From a virus (Duplodnaviria; Caudoviricetes), in the IMG/VR virus record IMGVR_UViG_3300033996_001518, positions 1 to 57,018 of that record: a stretch of 57,018 nucleotides of DNA, one strand, 5' to 3'. Below the pieces are notes generated by a model. It was given only the letters and a program-made list of their open reading frames with translations, ran no database searches and was not told the origin of the DNA. A program made the position numbers and the translations under genes. Position 1 is the stretch's first letter; every line of letters begins with the position of its first letter. Positions 44,701-54,789 of this stretch are shown in pieces.

Positions 44701-44741
44701 GGCGGATAGAAATATTTTGTCGTATTCGTAGTTACTGCCAT
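41733..44741 (-). CDS. baseplate wedge protein, P2 gpI/T4 gp7-like motif (1002 aa)
   Basis: DIPSQLLVNLAQTLGW...AYLFKSKGTRRSVEFMLRLIG is the KGT motif of the gpI/gp7 family. It lies in the baseplate cluster. Confidence 0.65.
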   Translation of the reverse strand: MAVTTNTTKYFYPPRPGSGAATFSDNIVGLQTVEGGGLTQGNFEFTTSVTEKVSRNFNVGAFSEPLSLQSLNIEDVAESRRIIATQFRVYPNYDVSQVLNFSMYGSLRKRFQVSATKVIHYFPASLDVIFNNLEFVTGATAVNISYDSVNDETYFEVNVDRINNPFDIDYSVSAATNLNLREITTSPYRNLYNTYLDYCVSINDDIFKIVSFQPSPTLSTGYISFYVSGAPFGTTASTINEDFQIRPNDLVVDRIFAESFDEVEKFLLNRLIRPEYTAVFQVPAQTENGEFYTNYQQVTWPKDGVWNLDIRSFLFDDYLTQLDEIAVNLDSFKTNLISRFLVTDSLKEFDTLGQKVEKIFQIYGRSFDQIKQFIDALAYMNSVNYNPSNDIPSQLLVNLAQTLGWTSNFSPITDEDFLSSVFGNTATPTYPGYARALTPTEINYAFYRNLILNAAYLFKSKGTRRSVEFMLRLIGAPDSLIEFNEHIYLADQKINLDQFYVQWASISGGTYVNKVPSYLPGDTYRIKGGVYSGYTSSATYEDVSIRLSEYPIDVFGYPKAPVNTESYFFQVGSGWYESTPQHRSPDKVVITGAVYTGQNYNIQTQLQPFTYGQPYLDRFRDFPYMTEGFKLQKVVDNNKSWLEEDTKIRVSTSADYNAYYFVDDERLVLNVKNVDLFLNPSQGLLYDVWKESVEYDYPFPESGLTVGYPVPGGVDWTYINPEPKKKTFFEFSQTFWENMINVRNRQYISDGKTGGYPVLQSIWWKYIESEQTVGLPNNKYTYQKLIDYVNGIGPYWMKLAEQMVPATTIWNSGVKMENSILHKQKFVYRRQRGCQFVPVPVTPCFIISNIFDYTCTTERTNYKLFPWLNGDPDVGNFNSILANRINNMLSQSGYTLNDCIQNSVQTEWYVDLRIENEVLIKEPVLNPDGTNYVGYGYTDVPTNEMWKNSVYEYLPLLYDYGFQGEIRGNDLIVTSLTCTERNINETLTLYAGIQININCNSN

Positions 44742-45649
44742 TAAGTTGTTATATTTGTGAAGTTTTTACTAAAATCAATATTATTACCTCTATTCTGTCT
44801 AACTTCATATAACAACGCATTAAATTGGTCTCTAACCTCGTATAAGTTGTATTGTCTGTAAATGTTATTAGCAGAGTCGTAGATTGTGTAGATACCATCA
44901 TCAATTGATTTGGTTTGATTACCATAAAGAGCAATTGCAAGAGATGATATGTCGTATTCAACCATTTCTATTTCCAATGTAATTGGATTAAAAAATGTAT
45001 TTGAAATTATAATATCTTGGCTAGGTTGACCAATAAACGGTGTTGCGTTTGGTTTGTTTGTTGGTGAAGATGACGGTGATAAAGTCAAGAAAAGTAAATT
45101 TGATGAACCGTCAACATATCTATATCTAATCGCCTTTTGTTGAGTATTAACTTCGTTTGTTACAACAGGTTCACAATAGAAACTTGAAGTAACTACTCTA
45201 AAGAAATTTGGAATTTTTGACCCGTCCGGATTTAAGTATTCGATTCTAAAACCAACTAACCCTTGAGGAACAAATTTATTTTGATATTGTGTTGGTACAT
45301 TTGCCAAATCAATTACCAACCCTTTAACATTTGGAAGAGCACTTAAAACTCCACAATCAGTAATTACAGTTCTAATTTGAGCAGGTCTTAAATAAAGGGT
45401 ATAAAATCCTAAAGCATTAAACTGACTTGCAGGTAATGTTAAATTATACAACCCACCTAAAACCTCAACACCGGCATTACCACCTGTTTCCGAATTCTCA
45501 AAATAAGGTCGTAAAATAGTTTGAGCATCTAATTTTGTTAGGACAAAGGCATCCGTAACGTCCCTACTTGGGGTGTAATTCATTATGATTTCAACATCCG
45601 CTGGTGAAACATCTGACGGTCTTATAGTACCATAGCTTCCAATTGCCAT
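44741..45649 (-). CDS. structural protein, unknown function (302 aa)
   Basis: Long ORF in the baseplate cluster, preceded by TATTTATA. Confidence 0.7.
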   Translation of the reverse strand: MAIGSYGTIRPSDVSPADVEIIMNYTPSRDVTDAFVLTKLDAQTILRPYFENSETGGNAGVEVLGGLYNLTLPASQFNALGFYTLYLRPAQIRTVITDCGVLSALPNVKGLVIDLANVPTQYQNKFVPQGLVGFRIEYLNPDGSKIPNFFRVVTSSFYCEPVVTNEVNTQQKAIRYRYVDGSSNLLFLTLSPSSSPTNKPNATPFIGQPSQDIIISNTFFNPITLEIEMVEYDISSLAIALYGNQTKSIDDGIYTIYDSANNIYRQYNLYEVRDQFNALLYEVRQNRGNNIDFSKNFTNITT

Positions 45650-45665
45650 ATCTTCTTATTTAATT

Positions 45666-45673
45666 TATAAATA
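45666..45673 (-). promoter_or_regulatory. putative late promoter motif (AAAC)TATTTATA
   Basis: + strand TATAAATAGTTT, 16 bp upstream of the 45649 start. Confidence 0.55.
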
Positions 45674-45693
45674 GTTTAGTTCTTTTTTTCATT

Positions 45694-46785
45694 TTAGTTT
45701 TCTTTGTTAATCACATTAAAAAAACCATATCCGTAATTAATCATATCCCCCAAGTTATCTACCTCCCCAAGTCTTTGTATTCTTTCGTAAGCACTATTCT
45801 TACCTCTTTCAACAAAAACGTTAGTTTGAACTTGAGCTTGGTCAATTACTTTTAATAATACCTCATCTTTTGTTATTGGAACCGCAGTTAAATTATTGTC
45901 AGTTAATCCTGACGATTGTTCAAAATAAATGGTGGTCCCATCAATATAATCATAGTAATTAACTGTATTAACTGTATAGGCGGTGTAAATTGAAGTGACA
46001 TCTGTAATTGCCCCCCATATTTGACCGTTACTAATAACCGGAAGTCCAATTCTATCATTAATACTTAATGTTCCATACGTCTTTAATTCATTAATTCTCG
46101 ATTTTGTAATACCTGAAATTGTGAATGGTATTGAGACGTAATTATTTGATGTTTGAGCACTAACCTCATTTATCGCATCTCCCGAAAATATGTAATTATA
46201 CGATACAGAAGTACCAATCCAATTACCTGATGACGGAGCAAAAAATGCCTCTCCCTCAGGATTATAGATAACAACATCACTAAAAGGAACCGTAATTGTT
46301 TTTGAAACTGTTGTAATTCCCCATGGATTTGTTTGTTCTAATTTAATCGTATATTGTTTAGGTAACTGAGGATATGTATGATTAATTGAATTAGGTGCGT
46401 AAGTTGTTATTGTTTGTTTTGGTGAACCATCACCCCAATCAATAATATAAGCAGATAACTCTAAAAATTTTTGGAACTCGTCAGAAGTGTTATAAACATT
46501 AAAAACATAAGGACTTGACGTTGTTGATGAAAATATAAAATTAGCAACTACATTTTTTTGTAATACCGCACCATCAAATGGACTATAATATCCCGCATCA
46601 ACCGCACTTTGTCTTATCAAAATAGGAATTGTCAATCCTGTTAGTAATGAACTACCGTTAACTCCTGAACTAACAACTTGTGTCATTGCAGAATAAACCC
46701 CAACCGGAGTCCCATCATAATCAACAACTGATAAGTCACGAAGAATTGTTTCGGGTGATATTTTAATATTATAAAAATCTTCCAT
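45694..46785 (-). CDS. structural protein with PKD-like domain (363 aa)
   Basis: IDWGDGSP...NHTYP...YTIKL is a PKD signature. Confidence 0.7.
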   Translation of the reverse strand: MEDFYNIKISPETILRDLSVVDYDGTPVGVYSAMTQVVSSGVNGSSLLTGLTIPILIRQSAVDAGYYSPFDGAVLQKNVVANFIFSSTTSSPYVFNVYNTSDEFQKFLELSAYIIDWGDGSPKQTITTYAPNSINHTYPQLPKQYTIKLEQTNPWGITTVSKTITVPFSDVVIYNPEGEAFFAPSSGNWIGTSVSYNYIFSGDAINEVSAQTSNNYVSIPFTISGITKSRINELKTYGTLSINDRIGLPVISNGQIWGAITDVTSIYTAYTVNTVNYYDYIDGTTIYFEQSSGLTDNNLTAVPITKDEVLLKVIDQAQVQTNVFVERGKNSAYERIQRLGEVDNLGDMINYGYGFFNVINKEN

Positions 46786-47618
46786 TATACAGGTGGATTA
46801 AGGTATTCATACCATTTTATGGGAACTGTTGTCCCGATTCTTTGTCCTAGACTATTAATTACCTGATATGTTTGGTTTTTATAATCCAAATTTACGGTAT
46901 AATAAAATAGCGTATTATTATCAAAAAGATATTGATTAGAGTTCAACGCAAAATTCGCTTGAGGTCCTATTTTTATTGGTGGGGTAGTTGTTTGATTATT
47001 TGTCATCAATTTAGTGAATTGCCCTGTCTTAGCATTATAAAACTTAGCCGACATATAAAAGGTGTCAATATCTAAAAAGTTCCTTTTCTTTAACCAATAA
47101 AGGAAAAACCCTTCTTTATCACCAACATAATCTAAAACAAATTTTGGTTTTCTAACATCCACAATAATTCTTTGCATTGGAGTTGTCATTTTAAGACCCT
47201 GTTGTGTCGGAATAATAACCGTTAAATAATTTGTTTGTTTTTTCTCATCCGTATTATCGTAAAAATCCAACTTAAAAAACGAGTTAGAAAAATTGTTCGT
47301 ATAATAATACAAGTCTTGAGGTGTAAATCCTTCACCTAAATAATTTATCTTCCAATTATTAATATCATAAGTTGAACCCCCTGAATAAAAGTAAAACTCA
47401 TAATTAATTTCAGTGTTATTTGTTGTTACATCCGGAGCATGAGCAAATCGACTGATTTCAAAGTCACGCCCAACACCAATCGCTTCGGTAATAACTTCAG
47501 TTTCATATTCTTCAACTGCCATGTCCAACCCTAAATAATCCCAAGTTAGTCTTACCGGTATATTGATTTGTTTATCCAAACCATCAGGCACTATTGTTAC
47601 TTTATTCACACTCATCAA
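46785..47618 (-). CDS. structural protein, unknown function (277 aa)
   Basis: Overlapping, operon-like ORF in the baseplate cluster. Confidence 0.7.
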   Translation of the reverse strand: MMSVNKVTIVPDGLDKQINIPVRLTWDYLGLDMAVEEYETEVITEAIGVGRDFEISRFAHAPDVTTNNTEINYEFYFYSGGSTYDINNWKINYLGEGFTPQDLYYYTNNFSNSFFKLDFYDNTDEKKQTNYLTVIIPTQQGLKMTTPMQRIIVDVRKPKFVLDYVGDKEGFFLYWLKKRNFLDIDTFYMSAKFYNAKTGQFTKLMTNNQTTTPPIKIGPQANFALNSNQYLFDNNTLFYYTVNLDYKNQTYQVINSLGQRIGTTVPIKWYEYLNPPV

Positions 47619-49302
47619 TCAATGGTTTTACAGCAAAATCAACGCCATATAGGCTCTCATTATAGTTTATTCCTTCCGGTATCAATCTAAATGTAATATC
47701 TTCAAATGGGTAATGAGCGGTGTTTAAAAACGGATAATCAACCCCTCTCTCCAAATTATCTGTAAAACCATAAGTATACAAATCCCTCCATCTAAATTGT
47801 TGGTCGGCACTTGAATAAAACGAATAACTTGGTACTTGGTCAATAAAATTAACATCTCCCGTTTCAATATAATCCGAGAAAACTCTCAAAGTCATTTTAT
47901 TATGAGGTTGATAATAAAATCCAAATGAATTAGTGTCCGGATTATTCATTGTTTGGAAAACTGTTTGATTATAATTTATTTTATGATAATATGTTGAAAT
48001 AACTCTCTCAATTTGTTCATAATCATTCCACTCACAAAAATCACCATCCATTACATCACCCTTCATTAAATCACCATTGTAATAAAAAGTTTTGGTGGCA
48101 CCACTAGTTTGAGTGTATGAAGATAATGGAACAGTAGTATTTGATTCATTATTCATTAAATCCCAATATTCATTAACCTCTTTTGTTAAGTTAAATTCCC
48201 AACCTTGTTTTAATCCCACTCCAAATGAAGGTTCATTAAAATATCCGGAATATCCTTTATTAACTATTGTTAGAAAAATCTCACTTAATGGTCGTTTTTG
48301 ATTATCAATATAACCCGCAAAATCTAAATCATATGCCGATGTCATATTGTAAGCATTACTACTTGTCTTTTGTGACACCCTAGAAATTTTATTAGGAGTT
48401 ATTGAACTATATTCAAATTGTTTATCTTCTCTAAACACATTTTTTTCAAAACCAATTTTAGTAACAATAAGGTCATCTAAATTAGTAATCACTTTATGCT
48501 CTCTAACATAATATTTTGATTTAGTTTCCGTTAAATTATCAGGGTTAATCACTCTCTTAAAAGTACCCATAACATTATCTGCAAATGTATTACCTGTGTA
48601 TCCAATGTTTAAAACATTAAACACATATTCATCACTATCCACTAACCCATTACCTAATGAGTAAACTTGAAATATGTTCGAATTTCTATAAGTTAAAGAC
48701 AATTCAACATATTCATTTGGAGTTAATCCATGAGACCCAATACATTTAAAGGATATTAAACCATTACCATTAATTTCAATATTTTCAATAATAAATGGAA
48801 TTCCCTCTTCCGCTAACCAATTCATATCTCCATTAGGTATATCGGAATAATACGCCAAATTCTTTTTATAGTTATTAGCGTGAGGATATGTTAAATAGTA
48901 CATCCAATTATATGTGTAAGCACTTTTTGACTTATAAGGGAAATGTTGGTTATCAACAATTGGTCTAAAAAAATCAAACTCATAATACTGAGGAAATCCT
49001 TTCCACGTACCACTGACAAATGATTGTTCAGCATTCACATAATATAAATTATATTGAAATGGTAAAAATGTTGTTGTTCCCGTGTATGTGTTATCATACA
49101 AATACCTAACCTTAAAAGTTGGTCTAAAAACAGTACAACCCTGTCTCTCATCATCATAAACTTGAGCAAGACTTATAGTGGCACTCCTATCGTATTCCGT
49201 TATCTCATGACTTGTTTGGTCTAAAGATATTGAAACCTTTTCATCTACAGAAGGAGCACCTTTATATTTAAGGTTACTTGGTATTATTGTGTAATTATTC
49301 AT
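47602..49302 (-). CDS. structural protein, unknown function (566 aa)
   Basis: Overlapping, operon-like ORF in the baseplate cluster; aromatic- and Asn-rich. Confidence 0.7.
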   Translation of the reverse strand: MNNYTIIPSNLKYKGAPSVDEKVSISLDQTSHEITEYDRSATISLAQVYDDERQGCTVFRPTFKVRYLYDNTYTGTTTFLPFQYNLYYVNAEQSFVSGTWKGFPQYYEFDFFRPIVDNQHFPYKSKSAYTYNWMYYLTYPHANNYKKNLAYYSDIPNGDMNWLAEEGIPFIIENIEINGNGLISFKCIGSHGLTPNEYVELSLTYRNSNIFQVYSLGNGLVDSDEYVFNVLNIGYTGNTFADNVMGTFKRVINPDNLTETKSKYYVREHKVITNLDDLIVTKIGFEKNVFREDKQFEYSSITPNKISRVSQKTSSNAYNMTSAYDLDFAGYIDNQKRPLSEIFLTIVNKGYSGYFNEPSFGVGLKQGWEFNLTKEVNEYWDLMNNESNTTVPLSSYTQTSGATKTFYYNGDLMKGDVMDGDFCEWNDYEQIERVISTYYHKINYNQTVFQTMNNPDTNSFGFYYQPHNKMTLRVFSDYIETGDVNFIDQVPSYSFYSSADQQFRWRDLYTYGFTDNLERGVDYPFLNTAHYPFEDITFRLIPEGINYNESLYGVDFAVKPLIDECE

Positions 49303-52300
49303 CTATCGAATATAGTTCTTTAAATTTATCTAATGCCGTCTCACCTTTAATCAAACCAAAATAGAAATGATTTGGAGCACCAACTAAAAATTTAGTAGTT
49401 GGGTTAGACCAATTACCCGCAGTAGCCACATAAGTAAAATTATTAACCGTAGTTGCATTACCATTAAATAAATATCCACGAGCAAATTGGTCACTAATAC
49501 TATAAATTGACGGTATCATATAACTTGGTGTAATAATTGCCCTTCTATCAAGAGACTGATATCGTCTTGAAAAAATATCGTTTGTGTTTGTTGCCCAATT
49601 ATTCCCTTGTTCCCCAAAAACTCCTGCGGTTGCCGTAGATTTGATGTTCCACTGATAATAAGGTACTTCTTGGGATTTAATCCCATAAGGATATGTAATA
49701 GCATTTGCATTATTTGATGGTCTAAAATCTATCACCCCGGGAGTTAAATAATCTTTATTTTGTATATCTTGAGTTGTTGACGAAAAAAACACCGCCATTG
49801 TCGGTTTTGATAAATCACCAAGTATTTGTACCGGGTCATCAACAGCTCCTGTTACACTATAAAATTGAGGTGAAAATGGTATCACCCCATATTCAGAATT
49901 AATAGACATTGATTGTGCTAAATCCGCATCAATTCTTCTTGAACTACCGTCTCTACTAAATAATTGTTGTAATGCGTTATCCCCAAAAGCAAAAATTTGA
50001 CGTAAAAATCCTTCATCAGTGATTCTCGAAATCACAAATAAATTAACTAAATCTGAAGTATCCGAATAACTTGTCGGTACAAGACTTTTCATAATATATC
50101 CTTTAGCAGATGGGTCAAAAATTATTTCTTTATAAAAATCATCTTTAATCCCTAAATTAATAATTGTTGTAGGGAATAATAAATTTCTTCTGTTTACCGG
50201 AGCACTTAATCCCGCCACCGGTCTACCAATAAACACACCCTCACCTGAAGTACCACCTGTTAGTCTAAAAGGAGAACTTCTATAATAAAAATTATTTGTA
50301 TCTTTTTCATAATACACAACTTGTTTAGCAAATTTTGGTGATTCAGGTTGATTTAATTTATTAAAATAAGTGTCAACTTGTATTGGAAAGGCATATAAAC
50401 TACCATTAACCCAATTATTCATAAATGATTGTGATAATACTCCTCGACATAATCCATAGAAGAATCTAAATCTAAAACCCCATTCAGCAAATGTTCCTAA
50501 ATCTTGTCCTAAAGAAAACAATGGGTCATTAACCATTATGTAACATCCATTCTCAACAACATCACCTGCTTGACACCCTAATTGAACACCGAAATTTACA
50601 CCATTACCACTATAACAATCTAAACCAACCATGTCTTCACAACTTCCTAAAGTGGTAAGTACATTAGTTGCAGCCAATTGACCTTCAATATCCGCAGTGA
50701 CTAAATCAGCACCTAATGAAATTGATGGGTTGTTAAATGTGTATCCACCCCCACCAACAGGGTAAACCGCGAATCCGGCATTTTGCTGTAATAAACTGAC
50801 ACTACCTGTTAAAATTTCTTTATCATCAATATAATCAGAAGATGGTAATCTATCGGTTCTCATAATAATTTGAGATGAGTTAGACATATTTACCTCACTA
50901 GTTCCGGTAGATGTTGGATATAAAATAGGACTAAAATAAGTCGGTGCGGAATTCGGTAAAAACCCCCATATTGCATAGTCACAATATTCCCTAACACACA
51001 GACAACTCAAATCAAAAGTATTAGCAAAATTAATACAAATCCTTGTTATAACATAATTTCCTTTTGTCATAATCGCACCCCCTGACAAATCTTCAGCACC
51101 GTCATAATAATTGTCAGCAATACTCGCAGAATAAAATCGATTATTTGTTTTTGACGCAACTCCGGTTATAGGAGGAGGTGAAGTATTAACTGATATGTTT
51201 TGAACATAATCAGTTGAGAGTAATGGTGGTGAGTTGGTATAGACTTTTGATAATGATGAATCTAACGCACCATAAAAACCAAAATTTGGTGTCGTATATG
51301 CAGAATAATTAAGACCCGGACTTGTTTGTCCAACAATTCCCGGAGTATAAAAATAAGATGAATAACATATATTGTTTTGGTTATCGTGTTTTTGTACTGA
51401 AATTCCATTATTAGGTGGTAATGCCTGAATTGGTATATTCATTCTTGTCATCGCGGTAAAAGTCACAGCATCTTCATCTAAATAACCTAATATACGTCCA
51501 ATACCATACTTATTTATCATTAACGGAGAATACGGGTCAACCCCTCTTTGTAATATTAGAACTTTTTGATTTTCATAGTCCGCAAAATTTGATGTTGCTG
51601 CCGAATAGATTGCATTAGGTATTTGAGTACTTGAAAAACCATTATCACTATTAGTCAATCTAGTGTAATTTGGGTAACTTAACGGGACAAGACCACATTC
51701 TCTACCCCCCTCACCACAAACATATTCAAAAGTTGCCAATTTATTTTCAGCATTTAACGTTTTCCAAAAACTTGGATTGGTTGTACCAACAGAACCCGGA
51801 AATGAATACTCTGGTTTTCCATTTACAATTTTTTTAGTAATAGTAATAGCAGTCAATACTTGATAATATTCAATATCCGATGGATAAATATAATTTTGAC
51901 AACCTACTCCGTAAGTCACCGCGGAATACTCAGCAGTTCCTCCTGTATTTGTTAAATCAATACAATCAACATTTGTAATACCTGTAATTAATGGAAATTC
52001 AGGAGTAATTAACCCCTCAGGATTAGTAGTCCCTGTCGTTTGACCTGTAAACAATAATGTTACTTTTGAACCCGGACAAGTTCGATAAGTCACGGTCCCA
52101 GGTTCTGTTATTGAAATAACCATACTTTTCACACAATCGGAAGGATATGCCGGAATATCATAAGTAACAATAGTATCAGAAGTTTGACTGGTCGCATAAC
52201 GTACATCAGCAGTAAAAGCACTTGTTTTAATAATACCATTAATACCATTAACTTTATAACCCCCATTCGCTGTAGTTGCAGAATATAAATAATTTGTATC

Positions 52301-54694
52301 TTTAGTTTTTCTTGGGTCAACAAATGATAATAATGTACCCGGGTCTAAGTCCAAAACACTTAATACTGTCAATGTATTATCAAAATGACTTTTTGTACCG
52401 TTTGTTGGCAATGAAAAAGTAACTTTAATCTTATTTACATTATCAAAGAATTTTTTTCGGGTATTGTAAATATTAACTCTTTCACCAGGAGGAATCGTAA
52501 AACCATCTACTAATAAATCCCCTACCCCCGGAAATGAATAAATTCTAGAACTATTAATTTTAAAAATTGTTGGTTTATTTGGTCTTGATAAACTACCTCC
52601 AAGTCCTTGACCTTGCATAAGTGATTCCATCTGAAAATATGTGTCATAATTCTCATCATCAGCAGCAACAGGTGGCCAAGTTCGATTTGGTATTGTCGAA
52701 GCATTGGTTTGTAAATTTTCAGCGTACTGACCTCCATTAGAAAGTTGACTTAATAGACCAGCAGCAGGTGCTTGTTCTGTATCATCATCAGGATTTGGTT
52801 CAGTTGTTTCAGAGTCACATTCACAAGATTGACAATCGGGATAAGTTATCATCGGTAATTTAATCCTACCAAATTTATAAGCAACAATTTCTTCAAATTT
52901 AATTAAAATGAATATAATCGCCGCCGCATATAACGCAGCTAACAATGAATGTCCAATTATCAGACCTGCCGTCGCACCAAACGAGGCACTACCCGCAATT
53001 GCACCGGCAACTAATGAACCCTGAGCAATAACTTCTTTTCCTAACTCATAAAGTATGTAAGCTATTATTGCAACTGCAAAATTATTCCATAAAAAAGCTA
53101 AAAAGTGATAGATAATTAATAAAGGTAATCCAATTAATTGAATTACTTGTAATATTATTGAAAATATGAAAAAGAATAAATCAAAGTTCCTAAACCCTTC
53201 ATTAACCGGGAATTTATTAATTGTAGTCGCGCATTCATTACTATCAATTTCTTTAATACCAATAAACCTACCTTTAGCACCATTCTTAAATTGGTCAATA
53301 AAACCTGAAACAGTATAAACTTTATTAAATTCAAACTGATAAAAAGTATCTTCACAATTTATTTTTTGATTTAATATATTATTACGTAATGCAATATCAT
53401 TAGCAGTTGTTCCATAAAATCCTTCCGTATATCCTGACCAATCAAGACCAAAATAATATGAACTTTTTTGTCTCTCCTCATTGAGACCTCCTGAGTCTGT
53501 AGGGTCAGTATTACCCCAACCATATTCTTTAACATTTGGTACTAAGAAATAGGCCCGTCTTGTTTGTTCCGATAAACTAGGTGATTGAGACCACTTAATT
53601 TTAAATCGATATCTCCCTTTAGTAGGGATTCCTACTGTAGGGTCGTTTGATAAAACTTTTTCACCAAATTCATTAGTAATAAAGTAATCCAAATTCATTG
53701 GTAATTCAGTCATCCATACACCATTACCATCAATAATATTACCCGATTTTTCTAATTGAAATAACTCAAGTATTGGATTACCGTCAGCATCATAATTAAT
53801 TGTTTGTCGTATCGCTAAAATAGACCCAGGACCTGTAGATAATTGACATAAATTACCCATATCATCCAATGGTTTAGCATTTCGTCTAAGTCTTTGCGAA
53901 TCTGCGGTTGAGTAAATAGACCCCATGAACACTGAAGTTGGTTGTATATCAATATTGGCATCATCTCTAAGGTCAAAGTCAACACGGTTAACCGCAATTT
54001 GGCATATTTCAGGGTCACCCCATAATGGAGCAACTGATAATGTTCTTGTTAAACTAACAATTTGAGGTAGTGATGATAAATCATTTGAAGTTTTAAATCG
54101 GTTACCGGCAACTTGAGCTTCAGAGGCCAAACCCATTCTAATCAAATCTTGAGGTGTTAAAGAAAACTCCCCAATATCTGATAAGTCAATATCCATTACT
54201 AAAGTTTGCGGCCCTAATGGAACACCCATTATCATATAGTCACCACTCTCGTTTGTTTTAGTTGTGTATTTGTAGTATTTGTCGTAAATTTCAACCGCAA
54301 TTCCATCGGTTAATACATCATCTCTTGTAGGTAAAGTACCTGTCGCCGCGTGAGTAGAATACGACTTTTCATAAGGTAAAAGATTGTACCTAAAACCATC
54401 TTCATTTTTATCCGTTGGAGACTTGTAAGGATAAATACTTGTTATCAGTGGGTTGGATTCATCTACCGATGATATTGGGATGAATACAGATACTCTGGCA
54501 TTTGGAACACCAAATCCGTTATTCGCAGTAACCCTTCCAACAACAACACCGTATTCAGAACAACTTCTACTATAAACGTCAGTTTGTTGTATTTTTAACG
54601 ATAAGATTTCTAAGAACTCAAAATCTTGGTCTAACTGAACATTGATTGTTTTGTTAATACCTAATTCGGTTCTAATTCTATATGACTGACCCAT
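49295..54694 (-). CDS. large baseplate-associated protein (1799 aa) with N-terminal carboxypeptidase-regulatory-like beta sandwich and internal hydrophobic helices
   Basis: GVVVGRVTANNGFGVPNARVSVF...TKTNESGDY at the N-terminus; long hydrophobic stretch at about 52895-53185; immediately downstream of the gp6-like gene. Confidence 0.7.
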   Translation of the reverse strand: MGQSYRIRTELGINKTINVQLDQDFEFLEILSLKIQQTDVYSRSCSEYGVVVGRVTANNGFGVPNARVSVFIPISSVDESNPLITSIYPYKSPTDKNEDGFRYNLLPYEKSYSTHAATGTLPTRDDVLTDGIAVEIYDKYYKYTTKTNESGDYMIMGVPLGPQTLVMDIDLSDIGEFSLTPQDLIRMGLASEAQVAGNRFKTSNDLSSLPQIVSLTRTLSVAPLWGDPEICQIAVNRVDFDLRDDANIDIQPTSVFMGSIYSTADSQRLRRNAKPLDDMGNLCQLSTGPGSILAIRQTINYDADGNPILELFQLEKSGNIIDGNGVWMTELPMNLDYFITNEFGEKVLSNDPTVGIPTKGRYRFKIKWSQSPSLSEQTRRAYFLVPNVKEYGWGNTDPTDSGGLNEERQKSSYYFGLDWSGYTEGFYGTTANDIALRNNILNQKINCEDTFYQFEFNKVYTVSGFIDQFKNGAKGRFIGIKEIDSNECATTINKFPVNEGFRNFDLFFFIFSIILQVIQLIGLPLLIIYHFLAFLWNNFAVAIIAYILYELGKEVIAQGSLVAGAIAGSASFGATAGLIIGHSLLAALYAAAIIFILIKFEEIVAYKFGRIKLPMITYPDCQSCECDSETTEPNPDDDTEQAPAAGLLSQLSNGGQYAENLQTNASTIPNRTWPPVAADDENYDTYFQMESLMQGQGLGGSLSRPNKPTIFKINSSRIYSFPGVGDLLVDGFTIPPGERVNIYNTRKKFFDNVNKIKVTFSLPTNGTKSHFDNTLTVLSVLDLDPGTLLSFVDPRKTKDTNYLYSATTANGGYKVNGINGIIKTSAFTADVRYATSQTSDTIVTYDIPAYPSDCVKSMVISITEPGTVTYRTCPGSKVTLLFTGQTTGTTNPEGLITPEFPLITGITNVDCIDLTNTGGTAEYSAVTYGVGCQNYIYPSDIEYYQVLTAITITKKIVNGKPEYSFPGSVGTTNPSFWKTLNAENKLATFEYVCGEGGRECGLVPLSYPNYTRLTNSDNGFSSTQIPNAIYSAATSNFADYENQKVLILQRGVDPYSPLMINKYGIGRILGYLDEDAVTFTAMTRMNIPIQALPPNNGISVQKHDNQNNICYSSYFYTPGIVGQTSPGLNYSAYTTPNFGFYGALDSSLSKVYTNSPPLLSTDYVQNISVNTSPPPITGVASKTNNRFYSASIADNYYDGAEDLSGGAIMTKGNYVITRICINFANTFDLSCLCVREYCDYAIWGFLPNSAPTYFSPILYPTSTGTSEVNMSNSSQIIMRTDRLPSSDYIDDKEILTGSVSLLQQNAGFAVYPVGGGGYTFNNPSISLGADLVTADIEGQLAATNVLTTLGSCEDMVGLDCYSGNGVNFGVQLGCQAGDVVENGCYIMVNDPLFSLGQDLGTFAEWGFRFRFFYGLCRGVLSQSFMNNWVNGSLYAFPIQVDTYFNKLNQPESPKFAKQVVYYEKDTNNFYYRSSPFRLTGGTSGEGVFIGRPVAGLSAPVNRRNLLFPTTIINLGIKDDFYKEIIFDPSAKGYIMKSLVPTSYSDTSDLVNLFVISRITDEGFLRQIFAFGDNALQQLFSRDGSSRRIDADLAQSMSINSEYGVIPFSPQFYSVTGAVDDPVQILGDLSKPTMAVFFSSTTQDIQNKDYLTPGVIDFRPSNNANAITYPYGIKSQEVPYYQWNIKSTATAGVFGEQGNNWATNTNDIFSRRYQSLDRRAIITPSYMIPSIYSISDQFARGYLFNGNATTVNNFTYVATAGNWSNPTTKFLVGAPNHFYFGLIKGETALDKFKELYSIDE

Positions 54695-54709
54695 TCAATT
54701 CTTTTAATT

Positions 54710-54717
54710 TATAAATA
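54710..54717 (-). promoter_or_regulatory. putative late promoter motif (AAAC)TATTTATA
   Basis: + strand TATAAATAGTTT, 15 bp upstream of the 54694 start. Confidence 0.55.
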
Positions 54718-54789
54718 GTTTATGTGTGATTTTTCAAGTTAACACACACCATATTTAATTATAAACTAGTTAAGCCAGAAATAAACCTG

